From Octopus vulgaris (taxonomy: Eukaryota), in the NCBI GenBank assembly GCA_951406725.2, contig OX597815.1, positions 10,788,001 to 10,852,000 of the forward strand: a stretch of 64,000 nt of DNA, read 5' to 3'. Position 1 is the stretch's first letter, and the number at the start of each line of letters is the position of its first letter. Below the pieces are notes generated by a model. That model was not told where the DNA came from. It did no database searches and saw only the letters and a list, made by a program, of their open reading frames with translations. The translations under genes were made by a program, and so were the position numbers. Shown here in pieces: positions 1 through 12,944 of this stretch.

Positions 1-499
1 AAAATTCTCATAGAGTGAGAGAGTCCGGAAGTGTATAGTATTAAATTTACATCTAATATGGGAAAAAATATTTCGAAAGAAATTCTATCCATGGCCAGCA
101 TATTAAAAAATACATTTAAAGATTAAATTTATAAACAACTTATAAACAAGAGCAAGAAAAAAAAATTGAATTTTTTTTTCTTTGAGTCTTAGCTGTTTCA
201 GCCTTTCCCAGTTTTTTTTTTTTCTGTATTATACATTCTTTTGTTTAGAGGTGAAGCTGATTATATTGCTGTTTATGTTTATATTTTCAGTAAACCCAAC
301 AAAGGTGTATTTGTGACATACAACAAAATTGTTATGGCTTGGGTGCCGTGCTAACCGGGAAAACTTCTAGGATGCAGAACCTGTTTATATCATCATGCGA
401 CCTTTGGAAGAATTACTGTGCCAAACCGGAAAATTGAAAGTATTTCCTACATCGATCTAATTGTTCTAGCTTTTAGATTCGGTCATAATCGAGCAAAAA

Positions 500-1020
500 T
501 AGACACATGATCAGTATCGACTTATGAATAGTGTCAGGCTGTAATGAGGATGAAGCTAAGAATGATACGAACTTATGATCAGAACCTGTGTACTATAACT
601 AGTGTGGATTTATGATTGAGTTAATCAGTGTGAAATTATCAATCGAAGTGAATAGTAGGACCAGTATTTACATACCTATGACCAATGTTGTCTTATGACG
701 ACTGTGGATTTATGACTAGTATTAAGCCGTGTTCAGTGTGAATTTTTACTTTCTGAGTCAGTATAAATCTTGAACCTGTGTTGACTTATTACCAATACGA
801 ATTTATGACTAGTGTTGATCAGAGAAAAAGATGATCAATATTAACGTATGACTAGGATTAATACAAACTATGATTATTATGAACCTATGACCAGTATGGG
901 CCAGTGACTTATGACTAATATCAATCATTATGAAACTGTGATTAATGCGAAGTTACGACAAGGAACAATGTCTACTTACGACCAACTTAGACCTATGATT
1001 AATGTGCAGCTATGATACAT
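500..1020. repeat. Degenerate ~16-17 bp minisatellite (TATGACyAGTGTkRAyT-like)
   Basis: Recurrent tatgac/tatgat cores, e.g. tatgaccaatgttgtct tatgacgactgtggatt tatgactagtattaagc. Confidence 0.6.
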
Positions 1021-1460
1021 ATGAAATACAGAAGTATCCTGAATGTAGCTGTTCGTGTTGATATGTCTTAATTAACATTATTAAATTTTAAAGGTCTAAT
1101 TGAATTTATACCTAAGCAAAAGAGTTCAAATCTTCAAAGAAGGGATAGCGGATTTTGTGACTTTATACAGCATTCAGCAGAATTGAATTTAGGATGCTGG
1201 CTAAATAAAATGGCTACTATCTACGATCGAAGTATATAGTTTCATCCCCCTTGGTTATAACTTCAAATGGCTGCAGGAAGCAATATTATTTTTTCTTTCT
1301 TCGGGGATCGTTAATTTATGTACCAATAATTCACTGGTGTCCATTCAATAAATTATTCCATCTGTTTAGAAATACTGTGCATATAAGAAACCAATTTGTA
1401 GATAAGTCATATATGTGTGCGTGTAAAAATAAGCTTATGCTATGTGTATGTATGTATGTA

Positions 1461-1700
1461 TCATATCTGTCGGGCATGTGGAAGAGAGTGTAATTCGGCA
1501 GGAGGACTTAAACGACATGCAAAGGTACATGAAACCCAGTTACAACTACAGCCGGCTATTACCAGTAAAGGTTTTAGTTGCCAATTTTGTACAAGACATT
1601 GTAGATCTTTGGCTGGGCTAAAAAGTCACTTTCGATCACAGCACAAATAACAGTTAAGCTTCGTGCAATGGCCATACTCGATAACGAGGGGGCAGTCATG
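1461..1700 (+). mobile_element. 3' end of an RTE-type LINE with two C-terminal C2H2 fingers, inserted in (TATG)n
   Basis: CRACGRECNSAGGLKRHAKVH and CQFCTRHCRSLAGLKSHFRSQH, then a stop and a short 3' UTR running into the microsatellite. The CxxCxRxCxSxxGLxSH finger is typical of RTE ORF ends. Confidence 0.6.
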
Positions 1701-1890
1701 TATGTATGTATATATATATGTATATGTATGTATGTATGTATATATGTGTATATGTATGTATGTATGTATGTATATATATATGTGTATATGTATGTATGTA
1801 TGTAGGTAGGTAGTTAGGAAGATCGGGTGGCAGGTAGATAGGTAAATAAATAGTTAAGTACGCATGTTTGTATGTAAATATATTTAATAC

Positions 1891-1963
<73 letters not shown>
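1698..1963. repeat. Compound microsatellite (TATG)n/(TA)n/(GA)n
   Basis: Seen directly in the sequence. Confidence 0.95.
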
Positions 1964-2386
1964 AATGGGAGACATAAGAGACAGAAAGAAAGATGGAGCA
2001 TGGGAGAACTTAACCGGAATGACATGTGAAAAAAAAAATCAAGTTACATATATTAAAATAAATACACATATTCTTCCTATGGTTTTTCAAGATACGAATC
2101 CACATTTCCAACGGAAAATTGTATCGAATTATATATCTTCTCCTGAACCTCATCAACCAATAATAGATGTAACAGAATGACGAGTATAAGATTATTATTA
2201 CTTTTATGCATGCTGGCGTTGATACAATTTTTGGAAGCCATCAGAATATGCCGAGACTAACCGAAAATTTCAAATGAAGAACTACATATGTCATCCCTCT
2301 ATATGAAAATTTAAGCATTTTTAATTAATCAACCTTCAAAATTGTACATTAATAATAAATTTCAGAAAAGGGTTTTAATAATAGAA

Positions 2387-2573
2387 TGGCTGAGTGGTAA
2401 GTAACTTGCTTACAAACCACATGGCTCCGGGTTCAGTCCCACTGCGTGGCACCTTGGGTAAGTGTCTTCTACTATAGCCTCGGGCCAACCAAAGCCTTGT
2501 GAGTAGATTTGGTAGACGGAAACTGAAAGAAGCCCATCGTATATATCTATATCTATCTATCTATCTATCTATC

Positions 2574-2618
<45 letters not shown>

Positions 2619-2826
2619 GTGCGTGTTTCTGTCTGTGTTTGTCCCCGCAACATCGCTTGACAACCGATGCTGGTGTGTTTACGTTCCCGTAACTTAGCGG
2701 TTCGGCAAAAAAGAGACTGATAAAATAAGTACTAGGCTTACAAAGAATAAGTCCTGGGGTCGATTTGATCGACTAAAGGCGGCCACAGTCACATGATTGA
2801 AACAAATAAAAGAGTAAAGAGTAAAG
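2387..2826 (+). mobile_element. tRNA-derived SINE family A (CORE-like left part, internal microsatellite, GTAAAAGA tail)
   Basis: A/B-box-like head (tggctg.gtggtaag...gggttcagtccc) and CORE-like ccttgggcaagt motif. Near-identical copies at 25745, 46343, 49885, 52849, 56351 and 59205. Confidence 0.85.
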
Positions 2827-3364
2827 ATTAAAATATTTGTGTATTATCCCTCAAAAGGTTGACTTTTTACTATTTCGTTGGGCTCACTAAAAACTGCATC
2901 TATGAAATATTCTGGTTACGTTTAGAAGTACATTCGCGCCCGTGCATATTCATACAATTATATACATATAAACATATAGGCCATCATGCTATCTAGTCAA
3001 TTAGTGCCTCTTGGTATGATTAGAGACATGCACAGAAACCCTGTGATATTGCCACGTCGGTAAAACCAGCATATATAATAGTAAGTTCTCCAAGCTGGTT
3101 GCACAAGTCGGAGAGGTGTAGCAAACAATCACAAAAATTACAAGTCACCTACGAAGTATTCACATAGCAGGTATATAATTCGAAGTATTTAAAATTGCTA
3201 AGGCGGATATTGCAATCCATGGAGTAGCCAACTGCCATGTCGTTGGAGTATTCTTCTGTTCATATAAAGTTTTACTACTTCAATAATTTTCATTCATCAT
3301 TGAAAGCGAGAGAGAGTGGGGCAGAGAGCGTTTGTATTGTCAGAGTAAAGAAACATCGACAGCA

Positions 3365-3746
3365 GGAGGCACAATGGCCCGATGGTTAGGGCAGTGGACT
3401 CGCGGTCGGAGGATCGCGATTTCGATTCCCAGATCGGGCGTTGTATGTGTTTATTGAGCGAAAACACCTAAAGCTCCACGAGGCTCCGGCAGGGGTGTGG
3501 GGGTGGCGACCCCTGTTGTACTCTTTCGCCCCTACCTTCTCTCACTCTTTCTTCCTGTTTCTAGTCCCCGACTTCCTACGCAACCGCTGAACCTTAATAC
3601 GCATTCATCTATCCGTCGATGCTCTCGGTGTCGGGGGCTGACCTGCTTTCTCTTCTGCGGGTCTTGCGAATAGCAAAGGACCACGTTTTGGACTTCTCCC
3701 ACTCTGGGACGAAGACCGCTTCGCTCAACAAATAAACAAACAAATA
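3365..3746 (+). mobile_element. tRNA-derived SINE family B (Arg-like head)
   Basis: tRNA-like head ggaggcacaatggccc...ggactcgcgg...ttcgattccc, (AAAC)n tail and TSD aaa(c/t)atcgacagca. A reverse copy lies at 9998-10372. Confidence 0.85.
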
Positions 3747-4362
3747 AAATATCGACAGCAAGAAAAAGTAGGTATAAACAAACAACTGAAGTGAAATGAA
3801 ATAAGCTTTGTTACTGAAAATTTTAGTGATGATGGTGGTGGTGTGTTGATAGTGAAAAGTTTTTTTGTTTTTTTTATTGTGACCATCGCTTAACGCATGC
3901 GCACAAGAGCAATTGTTTATCGTTTGCTCGCTTGAAAATTGAAATTTGTTTATAAGAGTTAATTTAGCCTAAGCTATGGATTCGTAAGAAACACGGTTGC
4001 AAGCTGCCCGAGAAAGAATGTGCAGATATGGAGCACGGATCGGAGAGGAACAGCGAGAAGATATAATAAAAAGAGAAGATAGACTACACCGACGGAAACG
4101 TGAGAAAATGAATGTAGGCGAACGTCAAGTATATTCAAAGCTAAACTAAGAATACTATAAAAATGTAAGTCATCCTTTCTGTCTTAAATAGGTCCGCTTA
4201 TTTTTTCATTCCGTGGAATTTACACGTGTCCCAGTAGTTTATTGATTAAACTGGTAACAATACGGTGGTACGAAGCAAGAACGGTTGTAAACTACGTGAC
4301 CTTTCCACGGCAAAGAAAAGCCCCCTACGAAATAATCACTGAATCTTTTTTTTTGTGGGGGG

Positions 4363-4779
4363 GGATCTTTTCGGTTTGAATGACAGTTTTTTCTAGCGGT
4401 GTCATATGAAATTGCCACCCATAATTATGACCCTAGTATCGATCTATTGCATTTCAATCTGTTTTAGGGTTAGGGTTAGGGTGGGGGGAAGGGTATCTTT
4501 TTTTCTTCACAAATGTAAATAAACCCAATCTGTTTCTTAAACGAGGGACATATTCATACGGCACAGAATGTTTTCACCTCAACAGACGTCATTGATTGGT
4601 TGAAATTGCAGAAATTGAAGAAAAAAAACCAGCAAATATCTTACAAACCATAGAATTTTCTCAATAAAGCCAAGAGAAAAAGATGTTTTATAAACACATT
4701 CTACCAGTATACGAAGTTTAAAAGTGTTTAGTTACGTGGAAATTATTTTAAAAAACTGCCGGTCAAACCGAAGAGATCC
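4363..4779. mobile_element. GGATC-terminated MITE (family M1) with internal TTAGGG repeats
   Basis: TIR GGATCTTTTCGGTTTGA.../...TCAAACCGAAGAGATCC. Highly similar copies at 15390 and 49514. Confidence 0.85.
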
Positions 4780-5014
4780 ATTTTTCTTCTTCTCTTCAAT
4801 AAAGAATTTCACCCTAAACATATTCCTTTCCGCATCTTCCATTGATGAATTAATTTCCATTGTACACTTCTTGCGCTTTGAGGATCCCTAAAGATCTGCT
4901 AAACTAGTCTCCAGCAAGAAAAAAAAAAACACATGGGTGATCATATATTTTGTTTCAAAAATGTGTGTAAGAGATATGAAGTCACTGAATATGAATTGAA
5001 CGGTAAGAGGACAC

Positions 5015-5417
5015 GGCGAGCTGGCAGAATCGTTAGCACGCCGGGCGAAATGCGTAGCCGTATTTCGTCTGCCGTTACGTTCTGAGTTCAAATTCCGCCG
5101 AGGTCAACTTTGCCTTTCATCCTTTCGGGATCAATTAAATAAGTACCAGTTACGCACTGGGGTCGATATAATCGACTTAATCCGTGTGTCTGTCCTTGTT
5201 TGTCCTCTCTGTGTTTAGCCCCTTGTGGGTAGTAAAAGAAATAGGTATTTCGTCTGTCGCTACGTTCTGAGTTCAAATTCCGCCGAGGACTTTGCCTTTC
5301 AACCTTTCGAGGTCGATAAATTAAGTACCAGTTACTCACGATGTAATCGACTTAATCCGTTTGTCTGTCCTTGTTTGTCCTCTTTGTGTTTAGCCCCTTG
5401 TGGGTAGTAAAAAAATA
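5015..5417 (+). mobile_element. SINE family C (Meta-domain-like), dimeric copy
   Basis: Head ggcgagctggcagaa, B-box gagttcaaattc and Meta-like gcctttcatcctttcggggtcgataaa motif. The body is duplicated. TSD ggtaagaggacac. Confidence 0.85.
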
Positions 5418-5626
5418 GGTAAGAGGACACTGCAAGCGACCATTATTACTGGAGGCTGGAACTAGACCTTTCCAGTCACATGTTTAGCTTCTTTCACTAC
5501 ATGCATTAATTATTTTCTTTTCCCTCGTTACCTCATTAGTTTACTCGTTTCATGTGATTATTTTATCAATTTATATTCTAATGCCCACGCAGAAGAAATC
5601 ATCACTTCTTCACGGATTGATTATAA

Positions 5627-5816
5627 CACACACATACACACTCACGTATACACACACAAACACACACGTACGCATGCTTGCATACATACATACATACGTA
5701 CATACATACATACATACATACATACATACATACATACATACATACATGCATACATACATACATACATACATACATACATACATACATACATACATACATA
5801 CATACATACATACATA
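5627..5816. repeat. (TACA)n/(CA)n microsatellite
   Basis: Seen directly in the sequence. Confidence 0.95.
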
Positions 5817-5863
5817 GGTATTGTTACCTACACCCCAACGCTTAAGCTGTGTATCTTTGTTAG

Positions 5864-6314
5864 ACACTAGCTACTTCCTAGCAGGAAGGGTAATTAAAAA
5901 TAGAAGAAAAAATACATACATACATACATAAACCGAGCGACAAGCATCGAAATACTTACAAATACTCACTCCCACACAAACAAACACTTACACACAAGAA
6001 CAACAGACACACTCATACTCAACAAAGACACAAACAATACACAGAAAGAATGCAATAAGAATGCATATCGAGTCACTGTTTCTATATGAACACTAGCTAC
6101 TTCCTAGCAGGAAGGGTAATTAAAAATAGAAGAAAAAATACATACATACATAAACCGAGCGACAAGCATTGAAATACTTACAAATACTCACTCCCACACA
6201 AACAAACACTTACACACAAGAACAACAGACACACTCGTACTCAACAAAGACACAAACAATACACCGTAAGAATGCAATAAGAATGCATATCGAGTCACTG
6301 TTTCTATATGAACA
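5864..6314. repeat. Tandem duplication, ~226-bp unit x2
   Basis: cactagctacttcctagcagg... starts at both 5865 and 6091, and the two units are nearly identical. Confidence 0.9.
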
Positions 6315-6849
6315 TATATCTCTAAAAGTCTCACTACAATACCACCCAAAGATCTTTATTCTTCCACCACACTCAACAAAAGAAATAGCCTTATAGTTTA
6401 TAAAGACTATGTTAGGGAACACCAACGGAACCTTATAATTTCTAAAAACCTTATTGTTCTAAAAGAAACCCTTATAATTTCTAAAAACAATGCTAGGGAA
6501 CACCAACGGAAGAACAACCCTAACCCTAACCCTAACAACTGTAGCTCAGTCTACTATGTCCACTTCCACCCGGACTTACAAGCTTATATGAATGGGTTGA
6601 AGTGGAAACAATGCAACATGCCACCAAATAAAAAAAAGCACTGGGCGATCCTCGGGTAGAGGGGTCGCTTTTCAGAAAATACCATGAACCCACAATTTAC
6701 ATTAACAACAATAATAACACAACAGATAAACTGGTAGCAACGTGGAATCTTACTCGGCATCGTTAGAAGTGCTAAAAAGGTTCCCAACTTCCAGACACAT
6801 TTATATGGAATTAAAAAAAATATCTAGACAAGTGTTACCAAATCACAAG

Positions 6850-8755
6850 ACGGTAAATCTAAACCTGGGGAAAATCTTGTTTCAGCCTGTGTTAGTAACA
6901 TAATGTCTGGTCCGACTGTACAGACCTACACCGAAGTAGAAATTTCAGCTGCAGTGTTATCTTCCGGGATTGTCTCGTTGCTCTTTTTACAAGTACGCTT
7001 TTCGTTTGAGCAGGATGCCTGGGTTTCACCCCTCTTTTGAACCCCTGCCTAGTTCCATCCTCCAGTAACAGTAATCAATTTGTAATGTCCTCCAAACTTT
7101 CGATTCATATTTAGAGACTTCATGTCACTTACAGACATGTTTTTAAACGAAAGAAAAGAGTTATCCATGTGTTTTCTTGCGGAAACTAGCTCAGCAGGTC
7201 TTGGAGAATTCTCACACCTTCTGTGGCTTACGTGACCTATGTAGCGGAGAGGTCATTGTTGAAAGAAGATAAAGAGGTTCCGTGTCTGGGAGTGGCCATA
7301 ACCTCATTGCTGGTGACTCGGTCAGTTCACTTGACATCGAGTCTGCAAAATTGGAAAGGCGCTTCATTTACTTGTTATTCTCCCAGACTCTCTTTGTTAG
7401 ACCGTCGAATACTGAGGCTGTTCCTCCGCTCCGTTTGTCATCTCAGAATGTACGGAAAAATTGTCCGTTTTGAAGTATCCAATACATGTGAACTCGCGAC
7501 CTACCTCTAACTCGCAGCTGTTGAAGGTATTAACAGGGGATTGCTCAACGCTAGACAGGCTCTTAACAACAGTCTTTGAAGACGTTGCTATTGATCCTCG
7601 CAGTATATTTCAAGTGCTAACTTGTCTGCGAACACTGTGTCCCTGATGAGTACTTCATGTATAAATGTTTTTACCCTCAAACACTATAGATTAAGTAGCT
7701 TTCGATCTGATCTGATGTGAAAGTAGATATCGCCAGTTGATGTTCCAAACACATAACCCTGTATGCCAGCGAAGAAGATGCCAAACAGAGCGTGGGCAAG
7801 CAACACAGCTGTTTTCTACTGCTGCAGATAGTAAAAACTTCCAAAGAAGAACCGTCAAACAGAACGCGCTCTTAATATCTGTAAACAATGACTGAACTAT
7901 ACTGAGAAACTTCGGAGAACAGTCGATCCTAGAGATAGCTTTAAGCTGGAAATTTCTATAGGGGGAAACGCCTTCGTGACGTCAAGGAAAGTGACAAACA
8001 ATTGTCTTTGTTTTGTATTTTTCTTGAGGTTGCTGAAAAGCGATTATATCGATTGTGAATGATCGTGTTTTTTTTTTCTTTTTTTTTTTCATTCTTCTCA
8101 GGAGAGATGCTCGGCAAAAATATTCCTCTGTAATTGTTACAGTCGCTTCTCTTCTCTTTGTTCTTGCGGCACTGCCCCCCTTCTTTCTGACACTGATGCA
8201 AATTCCATTGCAGGTGGTTTAACAAGATTCCCTTCACACTTCTAATGACCTCTCCGAAAATTCTGTCCAGTCCTCGTATCTTGCAATGCGCAGATTATCG
8301 ATGGCTTTATTTTTTTTCTACAGTCGGTACCGCATCCAATTCCACTACGAGAAAATTCACCCCGTCTGGTGTGCCGAGTTAGATGCTCGTTTTGTGGAGT
8401 AAATTTCAGTGTAATATTCCATAATCTCGCCATCTGATGGCCTTTGTCTATAGCGGTTTTATTTGATATAATTTTTGTGATGCTGTCTTACTTTGGGTTG
8501 GGCCACGGATGTAGAATGCATGAAATGAGGACTAAATACCTTCACAAAATTATATACACTAGTCGTTTGCACAGTATCTGGATATTTTGGCGGTCTTGTT
8601 TCTGTCATAAATTCCTACGGAAGTCTCTACCTGTCAACTTCCTGGTATCATTAGAAATCTTTTCCTCATTAATGACATCGCTGAAATTTAGTTGTTTCAG
8701 AAACTCTCATCTTATTGCATTGTCCTTTCTCAGTATCTTTTATTAATACCAATGT
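6850..8755 (-). mobile_element. Heavily decayed RTE/BovB-like LINE reverse-transcriptase region
   Basis: Minus-strand remnants RSDCNNYRGIFL, VLIRDTVFADK (FADD region) and LEVGREFTCIG (LEVVxxFTYLG-like), with many frameshifts. Confidence 0.7.
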
Positions 8756-8760
8756 GGAAA

Positions 8761-8981
8761 CCCATTAATGCATAGCGTCCAGAAAAATAGACGCAACGAA
8801 AATTACTATTACTTGTTTCGTACGTGTGTATAGTTGGTTTGTTTGTACACAGCGCTTGCTCGCTCATAGAGCACTAGTTTAGAGGCAGACTATACCAAAA
8901 ATAAGCTTAATAGGTAGTTTACTTAACACGCAATAATAATTTTTCCTGCGTTCATTTTTCTGGACGCTATGCATTAATGGG
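8761..8981. mobile_element. piggyBac-like MITE (CCC...GGG termini)
   Basis: ~45-bp inverted termini cccattaatgcatagcgtccagaaaaat / atttttctggacgctatgcattaatggg. The TTAA TSD is not intact. Confidence 0.65.
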
Positions 8982-9069
8982 TTTTTAAATCGTCTGAGGA
9001 TTTCTAAAACATCTAATGCTAACATTTCAGCGTTTAAAATTACATATGTCGCTGGTTGTTGGTCGCAAG

Positions 9070-9983
9070 TGCAGGACAGAAGCCCTCTAGGACAAAAGTC
9101 CTCTAGGAAAAAACCACTCCATGACAAAAGCTTCCTCGGACAAAAGCCCCATAGTTAAAGTATGAAAGTGGACAAAAGCCCCTTGGACAAAAGCCTCCCG
9201 GTTCTCAGACATATCTTTTTTGACAAAAAAAAAATGCTTTTTTGAAGCATTATAAATAAATGACAAAGGTGTGTGTATATATTTATGTGTATGCATTTTA
9301 TAATAATGAAATTATTGCATACAGTGCTCAAGTGCACCACAACTTGTCAAAATGTGCACATATTTACTCGATTGCTTCTATGTAGCTGTTATGTTTTTAC
9401 ACATTCCTTGAAGTGTGCTCTGTTATTCTATTCTACTTATTTAATTTCGATTGAATATATTTTGTTAAGTTAAAAATAGGAATTTTGGAAAATGAGTTTT
9501 TTTTTTTACAACCGCGATTTCCGTTTTTTCTTACGTGAAATTATATAAAGAAAAGTTTTAAAGATTTGGCTGTTATTTCTACCATGTGGAGAGACCTTCT
9601 AGGCGTAACTTCATGTGTTGGTTGAAAATCACCTAATGGCTGCAACAAGTAAAAAAGAAGAAAAAAACGAAATGACAGAAGTGGTTTTGATCAGGCTTAA
9701 AAAAATTCTGAGTTCCATACAGCCATCTAAAAATTATTCAAGGTGGTGCTCCAGCACAGGCGATCGTTGTCTAATAACTGCAACAAGTAAAAAAAATTAA
9801 AATTCTGGGGTCGATACGTTCAACAAAAAATTCTTCAAGGCGGTGCCTGCCCCAGCATGGCCACAGCCTAATGACTGAAGGTGAAAAGAAGAAAAAAATA
9901 GCGAAAAATATTACAATGCGACTTTTGCCCACTTTCATACTTTAGTTATGGGGCTTTTGTCCTAGGGTCTTTTGTCTGGACCC
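9070..9983. mobile_element. Non-autonomous TIR element with subterminal GGACAAAAGCCCC repeats (MULE/foldback-like)
   Basis: Left ggacaaaagcccccatagttaaagtatgaaagtgg is inverted at right as ccactttcatactttagttatggggcttttgtcc. Related to 18640-19870. Confidence 0.6.
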
Positions 9984-9997
9984 CGTTTCTTGCTGCT

Positions 9998-10372
9998 TGT
10001 TTGTTTGTTGAGTGAAACTGTCTTCGTCCTATTAGTGGGAGAAGTCCAAAACGTGGTCCTTTGCTATTCGTAAGACCCGCAGAAGAGACAGCAGGTCAAC
10101 CCCCGACACCGAGAGCATCGCCGGATGAATTAATGCGCATCCAGGCTCAGCGGTTGCGTAGGAAATCAGGGACAGAAAACAGGAAGAAAGAGTGAGAGAA
10201 AGTAGTTGGGGCGAAAGAGTACAACAGGGGTCACCACCACCCCCCTGCCGGAGCCTCGTAGAGCTTTAGGTGTTTTCGCTCAATAAACACACACAACGCC
10301 CGGTCTGGGAATCGAAACCACGATCCTCCGACCGCAAGTCCGCTGCCCTAACTATTGGGCCATTGCGCCTCC
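9998..10372 (-). mobile_element. SINE family B, reverse copy
   Basis: Reverse complement of 3365-3746. TSD-like gttt(c/g)ttgctgct. Confidence 0.85.
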
Positions 10373-10824
10373 ACTGTTTGTTGCTGCTCGAGTTGAGCCG
10401 GGCAGTGACGATATATTTCTTTGGCTGCGTAAACAACAAATGGAGCGAACCCGCGAACATTTAACAATAATATTTATTGCCAAACAGAAGATATTTGGTG
10501 TAGGTTCTTTACAACGAGCAATATAAATCATTGCCGACTGGGATAGAGAGGGAAACTGTGATGAGTCCGAAGACTTTACTTATGGGATATTATGTGAATG
10601 TTCAGACTGGGCATGTCCAAGAACCTGGAGTTATTCTGCGCTAATATCAATGGTTAGAAAGGTAACGTGTGTTGCTCAGCCACCTTCAACACTCTGCCAT
10701 TAGCGGTTTTTTTTTTATAAAGGACAAAAAGAACATTCAAGAAAACCATATCACACCGCAACCTCACAATGATTGGTCACGTGAAGCTATGGCGGTTCGC
10801 TCGTGGTGTCGGACCGAGTATTTA

Positions 10825-10943
10825 GCGGGTCAATTAAATAAGTACCAGTTACGCACTGGGGTCGATGTAATCGACTTAATCCCTTTGTCTGTCCTCATTT
10901 GTCCCCTCTGTGTTTAGCCCCTTGTGGGTAGTAAAGAAATAGG
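10825..10943 (+). mobile_element. 5'-truncated SINE family C
   Basis: Body and tail aagtaccagttacgcactggggtcgat...aaagaaatagg. Confidence 0.8.
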
Positions 10944-11385
10944 TATGGGATGGAGGACAGCTTGACAGGGGCTGGCAAAGTCTCTATCCACCCCTTCTCG
11001 AAATACAGCTACTTCAACCAATTTACCACCAGTGCTTAGCATGAACACCTACCACATCTCTGCAAACTACTATCATCTCTTAGACTTCGTAGCACTTCAA
11101 GTCAGCTGACTGGTGAAAGCTCTACTAAGTTGTATTCCCATCATCTGTAGTAGAATATGGGCTTCATTCAGCTTACCGAAACCATGCCACTCTGCACAAC
11201 TATTTGGACTCAAACCATTTTGGTTCTGCTGTATTGACAATAAGACTTCGCTATACTGAAGAAATGCGGGCGCGCGCACACACACACACAAACGTAAACA
11301 GAAAATGTAATTTACTGAAACAGTTAAACGGAGTTATCTCCCTTCGTATTGTACGCATACCACGAAAGCATACTATTATCAAAAA

Positions 11386-11759
11386 CTAGCAGTTTCGCCC
11401 GGCGTTGGTCGGGTTTGTTTCGACCCTTTAGAATTGGAATTTTTGAAAAGTAAAACTTTTTGCATTATGTAGCTTGTTATTCTCTTTAAGTGAACATTTT
11501 TCTGGTTGAAATACACCGACAAATGGCGACACAGCAGTCAAAAAATAGTAAAAATAAGGCACCTTTTTGATGTAAATAATTTTTGATGTTAACATGGTCC
11601 GATTTGAATTTTTTCTTCTACGGAAGGAAGAGCAAGCCTTCTTCTATCATACTGTCAATTTTGGTCAACTTTCACCGCAGGGTCTCTGAGGAGATGGTGT
11701 TAGTTGAAGGCTACCAAACCTGCTATACACAGATAGCTTCAGCTTCATATAGAGAGAGA
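11386..11759 (-). mobile_element. Non-autonomous Helitron (family H1)
   Basis: On the minus strand: 5'-TC start, subterminal GC hairpin, CTAG-3' end, inserted between A and T with no TSD. Copies at 35189 and 57480. Confidence 0.8.
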
Positions 11760-11761
11760 TA

Positions 11762-12175
11762 AGGTAGTGAGCTGGTAAAATCGTTATCACACTGGACAAA
11801 ATATTTAGCAATATTTCTTCCTGCTTTACATTCGAAATTTTTCAGGAATCGATGGAATAAGCACCAGCTAAGCACAGAGGTCAATATAATCAACTAGCTC
11901 CCCACTCAAAATGTCAGGCCTTGTGCCTGTATCAAAAAGGGTTATTATTGACGAAAATCCTTGTTCATAACGGCAATGAACTGGCAGAATCCGTAAAGTG
12001 TCATAAAAAATGTTTTACAATAGTTGTTCCAATTCTTTACATACTGGGTTCTAAACGTGCCAAAATTTACTTTACCTTTAATAATTCCAGGGTCCAGTTA
12101 AGTATTGCAGGCAATGATACCAACTAATCACTGGACCTCAAAAATAAAGGCCTTTTGTCTAAATCACAAATCAAT
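11762..12175 (+). mobile_element. Two old diverged SINE C-related copies
   Basis: Diverged ggtagtgagctggtaaaatcgtta and ggcaatgaactggcagaatccgta heads, with an alternative ggccttgtgcc tail. Confidence 0.55.
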
Positions 12176-12310
12176 ATTAATAAAGAAAATATTGTCATTG
12201 ACAAAAAAAGCAGGAAGGGTTTTCATTCTGATTTATTGAAAACATAACTTTACAAGCTGGAGCACCTGGCATTGTATTGGAAGGAACATGTATACACACA
12301 CACATGTATA

Positions 12311-12353
<43 letters not shown>

Positions 12354-12604
12354 GAATAAAAATTTATATATAAAGAGACGAACACAGAAAACAGACAGGT
12401 AATTCAAAGCCTTTAATCTTCAGTCAGAAACCGGATCATCATAGCAAATTTCGGCTGATTAATTCTGATATTTGCTCCAACACGGCCAGCCCCAAGGAAA
12501 AACTAAGCTGTGAGCATTAGATTTCTTGGTAAAAGGAATGAATATAAAACGCAACAGAGACAAATAACGACTTTAGACAAAATGAGACAAAAATAACTTA
12601 TCTA

Positions 12605-12685
<81 letters not shown>

Positions 12686-12879
12686 TGCACACGTGTGTGT
12701 GTGTATTTTGAATACCTAGAAGAAGCTGCTTTATTCCCACTCATCAAAGTCAATAGAGCTTTGTCCAGGACGACAATGTCGGTTATGTTGGCCATGAACT
12801 GTAACACTCTCTTCAGCAGAGGTAGCCATATCAATGCTCATCATCTTCTCCTGGCTTTCAGCTTGTATATATATATATA

Positions 12880-12941
<62 letters not shown>

Positions 12942-12944
12942 CTG

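Noticed and set aside
291-440. Possible Cys-containing exon after ttttcag
   Set aside because: All frames hit stops early, and the Kunitz/ShK-like resemblance is too weak to support.
1417-1650. Stand-alone two-finger C2H2 gene
   Set aside because: The start lies in a microsatellite, and the finger type and short tail fit an RTE LINE C-terminus.
6518-6535. Telomere or chromosome-fusion site
   Set aside because: Only three hexamers, embedded in repeat-like sequence.
7641-7670. CTGATGAG hammerhead core
   Set aside because: The GAAA half is missing, and the sequence is the antisense of the RTE RT FADD region.
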